Shown here: positions 47,796 through 55,502 of the stretch, piece by piece
How positions within the stretch are numbered: position 1 is the first letter of the stretch
Layout of the letters: the number at the start of each line of letters is the position of its first letter
Assembly (NCBI GenBank): GCA_035632955.1
Contig: DASQFU010000211.1
Span: 14,025 to 78,024 of the forward strand
From: Candidatus Limnocylindria bacterium
Lineage (GTDB): Bacteria > Eisenbacteria > RBG-16-71-46
Length of the DNA: 64,000 nt
Direction: 5' to 3'
Made by a program: the position numbers and the translations under genes
The notes under the pieces: model-generated
The model's database searches: none
What the model was told of the DNA's origin: nothing
What the model saw: the letters and a program-made list of their open reading frames with translations, nothing else

Positions 47796-48884
47796 CTAGA
47801 GACGCGCGCGCAGGCGCGTCTCGTAGGCCGCCAGATCCTCGACGGTTTCGGGGCGTGCGAGCCCGGCCAAACGATTCGGGTCGGCGGCGAGAGCGCGTTC
47901 GATCGTCCGGACCAGCCCACGTTGGCGGGGGCTCAACCACCGCTGCGGATCGGTTCCGAGAGCCAGCGCGGCGTTCACGCGCGTCGCTTGCATGGGTGTG
48001 AGCGGCAGCAGCCGGAGCGGCGAGCGCTCGAGACTATGCTTCTGGTCCGACCCCGACGCCGAACGGCCGGATCCCGCACCGCGCACGGCCCGTTCACCGA
48101 CCAAGGCACGGGCGGTGCGGTGCTGGTCGTCGTCGCGGGTGAACACGCGTGCGGCGCAACCTGCCGCCGACGCTTTGCGCACCAGCTCACGATAGGAGAG
48201 CGCGTCACGGTCGAACATCACCTCGACCGCCTCGCCGCCCTCGCGCCAAACGGCCCGCGTCGCCACGACCCCCGCGATCGCGCCCAGCTTCGCCTCACCC
48301 TGCCAGTAGCAATGCATTCCGAAGGCCGCCGGCTCGAACGCGGCGAGATGGGTCTCGTCCCGCGCCAGCTCGAGATAGTCGGGTATCGGGCGCCCCGCGG
48401 CCGCCAGCGCCTCGATCAGGCGCTTCGCGACCTGGTGCGGGCTGTAGAGCCCATCCCGACGCGGCACCACGTCACGGCCACCGCCATCCACGAAGCGCAA
48501 CACCGGATTGTTCCAGGCGGGCTCGCTGAAACGCGCGAGCACCTCGCGATCGCGCCCACCGCGGTTGTTGTGAATGGCGATCGGCACGAACTCGGTTTCG
48601 ATCGCCTCCACCAGCAACGGATGAGACAGCACCTGCCGGCCGAAGCCCACGCAAGTTCCGCAGCCCGGAATCTCTTGAAAGAGGATCAGCGCCGGCTTGC
48701 GGTCTTGGCGTGACTCGGCCAAACCCCGATCGAGATCGCGTTCCCAGCGGACCACACCGAGCTCGGGGGGATTCGAGCCAAGGTTCGGCTCGCGCGCTCC
48801 GGCAAGAAGCTCCACAGGGCGGGAACCGGCCAGCGGCCAGAAGGCGGTCAGCGCGAGCAAAGTCCAGGCGCGGGTTCTCGACAT
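47796..48884 (-). CDS. secreted thioredoxin-like domain fused to an MsrA-like domain
   Basis: Signal peptide MSRTRAWTLLALTAFWPLAG. KPALILFQEIPGCGTCV redox motif. FGMHCYWQGEAKLGAIAGVVATRAVW...EVMFDRDALSYRELV resembles the MsrA GCFWG...GY core. Confidence 0.6.
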   Translation of the reverse strand: MSRTRAWTLLALTAFWPLAGSRPVELLAGAREPNLGSNPPELGVVRWERDLDRGLAESRQDRKPALILFQEIPGCGTCVGFGRQVLSHPLLVEAIETEFVPIAIHNNRGGRDREVLARFSEPAWNNPVLRFVDGGGRDVVPRRDGLYSPHQVAKRLIEALAAAGRPIPDYLELARDETHLAAFEPAAFGMHCYWQGEAKLGAIAGVVATRAVWREGGEAVEVMFDRDALSYRELVRKASAAGCAARVFTRDDDQHRTARALVGERAVRGAGSGRSASGSDQKHSLERSPLRLLPLTPMQATRVNAALALGTDPQRWLSPRQRGLVRTIERALAADPNRLAGLARPETVEDLAAYETRLRARL

Positions 48885-49010
48885 GCTTGACCTCGGTGCG
48901 CGGCCGGCTTGGTGTTGGGGCTTACGGCTCGGGTGCCCGAGGGTCGGGTACCCCCGTCAAGGTACTGACGGTCCGCGGCGGATGTGACACGCCGCGCGGA
49001 GCGGGCCGAT

Positions 49011-52000
49011 CTATTCGCCCACCATCTGGACCTGGGGCGGCGGGACCACCCCCTGCTCCTGCGCGGCTTTGGCGACCTTGATGGGGACCAGCTTCGTGAA
49101 CGCCTCGTCGAAGCGCCACCGGCGCCACTCGCCTTCCAGGCGCACCAGAATGTGCTCGCCCTCGATCCGGATCGGCGCTCCCCGCCGCTTCGCCTCGCGC
49201 GCGATGAACGGCGCCACGTCGCGCATCCATTCCTCGGCGGTGATCGCCGATGGCACGTTGCCGTGGTGCTGTGCCCGGTCGAGCTTGACCTCGGGGTCGA
49301 ACAGGTACACGCGGCCAGCCGCCGCTCCCGACATCAGGAACTTGCCGGCGTAGGGCTTCGGCCGCAGCGCCAGCTCGCCTCGCGCGCCGGGTTTCCGCAG
49401 CCCCATCACGACGTGCAGCGAGTTGTCGCCGCCCGACATCAGGTACTCGAACGCGTACTCGTTGGGCGAGCCGAAGTGGATGCTCTTGAAGCCGGGGGCG
49501 CGCGTCTTGCCGTCAGGGAGATTCACCTTGTTCTGTCCCGCGGCGGCGTAGCGCGAGCCGGTGTCCCAGAAGCTCATCGTGCCGCCGTGCGCGGCGTACG
49601 CGCAGGTGTTGAGCGCATCCTGGAGCACGAACAGATAGCCCGAGTCGGCCTTCATCGCCCAGTGGCTCTGGCCCTGCCCGTAGGTCCACAGCTCCGCGCC
49701 TTCCAGCAGCGCGCCGAAGAAATCTCCGAACTCCCGGCCGTAGAGCTCGATCACGACGCCCGCGGCGGCGCGGCCCTCGCGGTCCGCGAGGTTGGTGGCG
49801 ACGTAGCGGGGCCCACCCGTGAATCCGTAGCCGACCAGGTTTCGCCAACCGAGGCGCACCGCCTCGGAAGTGAAACGCGACGCGGAGCGCAAATCGAACG
49901 ACTCGCCGACAAAGCCGGCGAAGTCGACGACCAGGACGTCGCGCGCCGCATCGTGCGGCGGCGCGAGATCGTCGCGTGTCTCGAGCGTGATGCGGCCGTA
50001 ACGACCGGCGCCGCGGCCCGCCTCGGCGAGCGCCTCGTGCAAAGGTGGCACGTCGTCGAGCAAGCGGAAGATGCCGCCTTCCGATCGGCCGTCCGCCATG
50101 CGCCCACCATCGGTGAGGTACTCCATGCTCGACAGCGCCTTGCCTCCGAGGTCGCAGTAGGTGAGCCGCTTGCGAAGCTCGGTCAGCATGCGCAGCGCGG
50201 CCGGGCGCTGCGGCTTGCCGATCCTCGCGAACCGAGGCAGCGCGTGCTCGACCAGGTAGCGATAGTCCTCGAAACTCAGCGCTCCGGCGCGCTCGAGCGT
50301 CGCGTCCACCAGCTCGTTGGCCGGCGCCGGCAGATCGTCGTCGGGGCCGAACAGCCGCCCGGCGCTCATCCCGCCCGCGCCCTCGAGCAGGCAACGCAAC
50401 TGCTCGAGCCGGTCGTCGACGTGACGCTTCCACGCCTCGTCGGCGAGTCCTTCGACCTGCTCGAGCGTCACGGCCATCCCGACCTTGCGTCCCGCGCGCT
50501 CGACCAGGATGCGCTCGCCGAAACGGTTGCGCAGCTCGAGCCCGTCGCGCTCGGGAGCGGTGAACACCTCGACCACGCCGCCATAATCGCGACGCTCGGG
50601 ATTGCCGCCCGGACGCATGCTGAACCGCAAATCGGCGCCGCCGTCTCCGAGCACGCCTTGCTGGTGCAGGACGCGCAGAATGCTGTCGGCGATCTTGGCT
50701 TCGCTGCCGTTGGCGACGGCGTGCACGCCGCCTTGACCGGTCTCGATCGAGGCGATGATCTCGTGCGGCCGCAGGAACTTGATGTCCATGTTCTCGCGGA
50801 ATCCCACCACCCGCGCCTCGCCCCGGCGCCGGGACTCGACGATCGTGAACTTGTACGGTCCGGTCGGCGTGAGCTGCACGTAGTTGGTCATCAGCAGCCG
50901 GAACTTCGCGCGCCGCGCCTCGTCCATGGCTTCGAGATCGACGCCGGTGATGGGCGAGATGATCTGCGAGGCTTCCTCGGTCGTGAGCCCGAGCACCCGC
51001 CGCGTGAAGTCGACGAGATAGGCGGCGTATTCCGTGTCGGTGAGCGCCTTGCGCTCGTAGACCGAATCACCGTGATACGACTCGGCGCCCGGGCCCATCG
51101 AGGGGTCGGCGTGCACGAACCCGAACTCGTTCAGGAACGGTGAGGTCGAATCGACGCCGACCTGCTCGCCGTTGTGCATCAGCAGCAGGTTGTAGGCCTT
51201 GAATGGATGCGCGCCGGCGGGATTGCCGCGGCCCTCGGCGTCGATCGCGGGCGAGTTGGTCGGGTAGCGGTGGTGCATCCCCCAGACGTGCGCGTGCAGC
51301 ACCGCGGTCCGGAAGGTGCGGCCTTTGACCGTCACCTCCACTCCGCCGTGCTCGCGCGCGCCGGGATATCCCGCCCAGAAGCGATCGAAGTCGAAGAACT
51401 CGGGAATCATGTGCGTCCACCCGGAGATCTTGATGGCGGCGAGATCCTCGCCGAGCGAGACCACGTAGCCGCGGCGCTTGAGCGCGTACTTCCCGGGCGG
51501 CGCATCGTCACGCCCGTGCGTCCGGTAGAAGCGCGAGTCCAAGAGATGCGCGAGAGCCGTGAAATACTCTTCGCGCACGTCGGCGATGAAGTCCGCCAGC
51601 CGTTCGCTCAACTGCGCTCCGCCCGGGAGCGACGTCGCGGCCATCGCACCCGCTTCCAGTGCGGGCTCGACGCTCTCCAAAGCCAGTCCCAGCACGTCGT
51701 CGTCGAGGTCGCCGTACTTGGTGCGCCGCTGCAGCCAGCGCGGACTCTTGATCAACTGGCGCCCGTACCGCTCGAGCACGTCGGGCTTGAGCTCGACGAA
51801 CAGCAGGTAGAAGTCGCCGGGATTCTCGCGCAGGTCGGCTTTGCGCCAGCCGTCCTCGCCCGCGTACTGCTCGCGCACCGGCAGCTTGAACTCACGCAAT
51901 TGCAGCCGCACGCCGTCGAGCGTCAGCTCGACGCCGGCCGCGTCGAAGAATCGGCAGCCGGTGAGATGATCCAGCATCTCGCGCACGGACTCGGCGCGGT

Positions 52001-55000
52001 CGGGGCCGATCGTGTTCAGGATCAGGCAGGTCTTCTCGCGCACTTCGCGGGGCGCGAAGCCAGCAAAGTCGATGCCGCCGCCGCGATTGTTGCCGCCGTT
52101 GAACGAGCGGCACGCGGACTCCCAGATTGCTTGAACCGTCACGGGCTCCGAGACCGCCAGCGAGCCGACGCGGCAGGAGTCGTGCTCGACCGCCTCTGCC
52201 GGCCGTTCCTCGGCCTCCGCCGGCACGGGCCCGGTCGCCGCCGGGCGCCGCGGGTGCGTGGGCATGACGAGCAGGTCGGTGCGGCCGCGGAGCTTGCGCA
52301 GATCGTCGATCAGACGGTCCTGCGCGACCACGTTGCCCGCGGCATCGAGCGCGCCCGATTGGCGGTTGAGCGCATCCACCAGCACCGCGAGCTTCACCAT
52401 GTTGAGCACCGTCCAGTTGCGGAAGCGATGGCGCATCAGGTGCCGGTCGTTCTGTACCGTCAGCTCGGGCTTGGTGGTAATCCCTCCGCGCGGACAATCG
52501 AGGTGGCAGTTGCCGCACTGATTGCAGCCGAATGCCGCGGCCTTGCCGATGCTGGCTTCGACCAACCCGTCGGCGCCCGCAATCAACACCTTGAGCATGT
52601 CGAGCTCGCCGCGGAGCCCGCCGGAAGCGAACAGCCGCGTTCCCCCTCCCGCGCCGAACGGCACGCCGTTGAGATCGCGAATCGTACGCAGCGTGCCCGA
52701 GCCGTCGAGGTCCACCTTCTCGTGCACCAGGGCATGATGGGTATGGAGGATGGTGCGAAAGATGTCCGGCCAGCCGACGTGCGACGAGTCGGCGTGGTAG
52801 TTCCCCGAGCCGCCGAGGCCCGAGTCGACCAGCAGGTAGTCGACGATGAAGTTGGACCACATCCCGGCGGCGACGTACTTCGTGTAGTTCGATCCCGTGA
52901 TCTTGATGCCGCAGTGGTTGTGATAGAGGACCCACAGCCACACCTCGGCCGGCATGTCCTCGATCGAATAGATGTCGTGCTTGGGATCGGGCGAGAGCGC
53001 GTCGGTGCCGACCGGAATGTTGCGCGCCTTGCTGACCGTGGTCGTCACTTTGGCGCCCGCCAGGCGGCCGCCTTTGCCGGGCTTCGCACCCTGGTTGATC
53101 TTGATCTCCACGTCGCGCACACGGCGGAGATCGGCGGCGTGCATACCGAAATGACCGCTGGCCGCCTGCAGGCTCTGCCACGCCCAGTCCTCGTCGCGCT
53201 CGAGGCGGATCGGGCCGCCCTCACCGGACGAGGTCATCGCGAGCCCCGCGTTGCCTTCGATCCGCGCCACCAGAAAATCCTCGGAGGCCGCGCCGAGCGA
53301 GATGCTGGCGTGGCTCACCGGTCCCTGCCAGATCGGCTCCCGGAATCCGAAACCCGAGAGCACGAGCGCGCCGGCGGCCCCGGACGGCGCCGGCGCCGAT
53401 CGCAATGTGACGGTACCGTCGCGGGAGGCGCGCCGGATCGTGTGCCCGTGACCGCCGTGATCCCGCGCGAGCAGCTCGATCCGCGTCTCTGTGCCGCCCC
53501 CGTCGCGCGCGACCATCCACAGCGAGCCGTCGCCTTCGAGCGCATGCTCGAGCACGTGACCGGACTCGAGCTGCACTTCGAACCCTCCGCGGCCGTCGGC
53601 GGTGAAGCCGAGCAGCGCGGGGCTCTTCGCCGCCACATGCACGGTGACGTTCGCTCCCGGCGGCACCGCTCCCGGCCGCGTGAACCCGCGCGACACCGCG
53701 AGCGAGACGTAGTCGAGCGACGTGGGGTCGCGGCGCAGGCGCTCGAGCGACCAGGCGAGCGCGTCGCGCGTCACCTTGACGCCGATGCCGTCGAGCGAGA
53801 GCGGCCCCATGTCGCCGCCGATCAGGAAGTCGTCCTCGGTCGGGAAGGCGCCGGCCGCCATCTTGTAGATCACTTCGAGAAAGTCACCGTTCAGGTTGCG
53901 ATTCGTGTTCATCAGGTGATAGTTCGCGGTCTCGTGCGCGAGGATGCGAGCCGCGTGCACCAGCGGCAGCTCCGGGCGGAGTTGCCGGAGCAGCGCCGAC
54001 ACCTGGTAGGTTTCCCTCACGTGCGGGGGTGTCGGCTCGGCGGCCACCCGGCGCTCGTTCAGCTCCCGGTTCAGCGCCCCGAACTCGCCGGTCGCCAGCG
54101 TATCCACCTCGCGGATCCAATCCTCGGTCATCGTGATCGCCATGGTGTTGCCCGAGGTTTTCTGGATGTCGTCGATGCCCATGCACGACAGAAAGTCGAG
54201 GATGCTGTGCTGCCAGCACGTGAGCGTGTTGAGCGCTTGCTTCTCGAGCTCGGCTGGATCCCGCGCGGCGAGATGCGCGAGCGCCGGCCCCAACGGCGCG
54301 CCGTGGTAGACGTCCACCAGCTCGGGCATCAACGCGAGGGCGGCGAGATGCGTCATAGCGCCGCCGTTGGCGCCGAGCAGCACCGACTCGTACACGGTCG
54401 CCGCCGAGGCCTGCGTATCGGTGTCGCCGCCCGCGCTCACGAGTTGGACACGGGCGCGGATCAGTCGCGCTTTGAGGAACGCGTCCACTTTTGGTGTCAG
54501 CCGGTAGGACTTCTCGACGCCCGACTGATAGTGAATCATCGCCACCCCGTCGAGCCGCACCGCGCCGTCCAGCGCTTCCCAGAATCCCGTTTCATAGCGC
54601 AGGTACACGGACAGCAGCAGCTCGGGATTGATCGCCAGCACCGCTGCCGCCTGCTCGGCGAGGCGCGGGCTCCAGGACAGCTCGACGATCGCCGCAGCGC
54701 CGAGCACCGCGCGCAAGCCTTTGGCGCCATCCGCTCCCGAGAGACTCGCGACGTGGCGCTCTTCGAGGCGCACCATGAGGTGGCGGGCGTGCCGCTCGAG
54801 CACCGCCCGATGTGCCAGGTAGGCGTCCGCTTCGACCACCAGCAACGAGCGCGTGTGGAGATCCGCCTTGGGATCCGCCGCCGCCATCGCTGCGAGGTAG
54901 GCGCGCTCCATCGACTCGCCGTCGCCGTACGGCAATGGCCCGACGATCATCGGCAGGTCGAGCCGTAGCGAGCGGACCGGCTGCTGCCTCTGCCCCTCGC

Positions 55001-55502
55001 CGGTGCGGAACAGCACCGCGGGATGCTTGCGGGCGATGTCCCAGGCGGTCGAAAACTCTTCGCGCAGCCCGTCGTTGGCGGGGTGCGTGATGGCCGCATG
55101 CGAGAAGTACGAGCGCCAGAATCCGTAGTGCCACGCGGCGCCGATCGTCAACGGCTCCTGCCGGAATCGCTCCTTGAGGACTTTATCGACGTCGAACGAC
55201 GTGATCTCGAGCTGGGGGATCTCGCGCGACACGCGCGAATAACGGCTCAGGAATACGCGGCCTCGCTGCGCGCGACCAAGATTCCAGAACGCATCCTCGT
55301 CGAGCCCGGCGCGCTCGATCAGGAACGAGAGCATGCGCCGCTTGCGCGGCCGATCCGTGACGCGGGCGCTGTCGGGATCGACGAGCAATGTGAGCAGGTC
55401 TTCCCAGTCGGCGAGCCGTTCGCGGAACACGCTCTCGAGCGCAGGGGTCGCGACCTCGCCGTTGCCGAGCTCGCCCGCGAGCTGATCGATGCCGATGCTC
55501 AT
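49011..55502 (-). CDS. glutamate-synthase-like multidomain protein (FMN/TIM-barrel domain, class-II amidotransferase-like domain, GXGXG domain), 2163 aa
   Basis: ATG 55502 (MSIGIDQLAG) forms an ATGA overlap with the upstream gene stop. FMN-domain block INQGAKPGKGGRLAGAKV...HDIYSIEDM...DSGLGGSG...FGCNQCGNCHLDCPRGGITT (nt about 52500-53100). Class-II GATase-like HHRYPTNS...AHPF...LMHNGEQ. C-terminal GXGXG-like region FGSPNEYAFEYLMSGG. Confidence 0.85.
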   Translation of the reverse strand: MSIGIDQLAGELGNGEVATPALESVFRERLADWEDLLTLLVDPDSARVTDRPRKRRMLSFLIERAGLDEDAFWNLGRAQRGRVFLSRYSRVSREIPQLEITSFDVDKVLKERFRQEPLTIGAAWHYGFWRSYFSHAAITHPANDGLREEFSTAWDIARKHPAVLFRTGEGQRQQPVRSLRLDLPMIVGPLPYGDGESMERAYLAAMAAADPKADLHTRSLLVVEADAYLAHRAVLERHARHLMVRLEERHVASLSGADGAKGLRAVLGAAAIVELSWSPRLAEQAAAVLAINPELLLSVYLRYETGFWEALDGAVRLDGVAMIHYQSGVEKSYRLTPKVDAFLKARLIRARVQLVSAGGDTDTQASAATVYESVLLGANGGAMTHLAALALMPELVDVYHGAPLGPALAHLAARDPAELEKQALNTLTCWQHSILDFLSCMGIDDIQKTSGNTMAITMTEDWIREVDTLATGEFGALNRELNERRVAAEPTPPHVRETYQVSALLRQLRPELPLVHAARILAHETANYHLMNTNRNLNGDFLEVIYKMAAGAFPTEDDFLIGGDMGPLSLDGIGVKVTRDALAWSLERLRRDPTSLDYVSLAVSRGFTRPGAVPPGANVTVHVAAKSPALLGFTADGRGGFEVQLESGHVLEHALEGDGSLWMVARDGGGTETRIELLARDHGGHGHTIRRASRDGTVTLRSAPAPSGAAGALVLSGFGFREPIWQGPVSHASISLGAASEDFLVARIEGNAGLAMTSSGEGGPIRLERDEDWAWQSLQAASGHFGMHAADLRRVRDVEIKINQGAKPGKGGRLAGAKVTTTVSKARNIPVGTDALSPDPKHDIYSIEDMPAEVWLWVLYHNHCGIKITGSNYTKYVAAGMWSNFIVDYLLVDSGLGGSGNYHADSSHVGWPDIFRTILHTHHALVHEKVDLDGSGTLRTIRDLNGVPFGAGGGTRLFASGGLRGELDMLKVLIAGADGLVEASIGKAAAFGCNQCGNCHLDCPRGGITTKPELTVQNDRHLMRHRFRNWTVLNMVKLAVLVDALNRQSGALDAAGNVVAQDRLIDDLRKLRGRTDLLVMPTHPRRPAATGPVPAEAEERPAEAVEHDSCRVGSLAVSEPVTVQAIWESACRSFNGGNNRGGGIDFAGFAPREVREKTCLILNTIGPDRAESVREMLDHLTGCRFFDAAGVELTLDGVRLQLREFKLPVREQYAGEDGWRKADLRENPGDFYLLFVELKPDVLERYGRQLIKSPRWLQRRTKYGDLDDDVLGLALESVEPALEAGAMAATSLPGGAQLSERLADFIADVREEYFTALAHLLDSRFYRTHGRDDAPPGKYALKRRGYVVSLGEDLAAIKISGWTHMIPEFFDFDRFWAGYPGAREHGGVEVTVKGRTFRTAVLHAHVWGMHHRYPTNSPAIDAEGRGNPAGAHPFKAYNLLLMHNGEQVGVDSTSPFLNEFGFVHADPSMGPGAESYHGDSVYERKALTDTEYAAYLVDFTRRVLGLTTEEASQIISPITGVDLEAMDEARRAKFRLLMTNYVQLTPTGPYKFTIVESRRRGEARVVGFRENMDIKFLRPHEIIASIETGQGGVHAVANGSEAKIADSILRVLHQQGVLGDGGADLRFSMRPGGNPERRDYGGVVEVFTAPERDGLELRNRFGERILVERAGRKVGMAVTLEQVEGLADEAWKRHVDDRLEQLRCLLEGAGGMSAGRLFGPDDDLPAPANELVDATLERAGALSFEDYRYLVEHALPRFARIGKPQRPAALRMLTELRKRLTYCDLGGKALSSMEYLTDGGRMADGRSEGGIFRLLDDVPPLHEALAEAGRGAGRYGRITLETRDDLAPPHDAARDVLVVDFAGFVGESFDLRSASRFTSEAVRLGWRNLVGYGFTGGPRYVATNLADREGRAAAGVVIELYGREFGDFFGALLEGAELWTYGQGQSHWAMKADSGYLFVLQDALNTCAYAAHGGTMSFWDTGSRYAAAGQNKVNLPDGKTRAPGFKSIHFGSPNEYAFEYLMSGGDNSLHVVMGLRKPGARGELALRPKPYAGKFLMSGAAAGRVYLFDPEVKLDRAQHHGNVPSAITAEEWMRDVAPFIAREAKRRGAPIRIEGEHILVRLEGEWRRWRFDEAFTKLVPIKVAKAAQEQGVVPPPQVQMVGE

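Noticed and set aside
51174-54968. 1264-aa ORF on the + strand. Similar long ORFs occur at 23175..25397, 26730..29357, 24655..27021, 28801..30180, 29403..31022, 49513..50433 and 51892..53181.
   Set aside because: All lie antisense to or out of frame with the two giant, motif-rich CDSs (cgs and the GltS-like gene). Their translations are Arg/Ala/Pro/Gly/His-rich low-complexity strings without recognisable motifs. This is typical of stop-codon-poor shadow frames in high-GC DNA.
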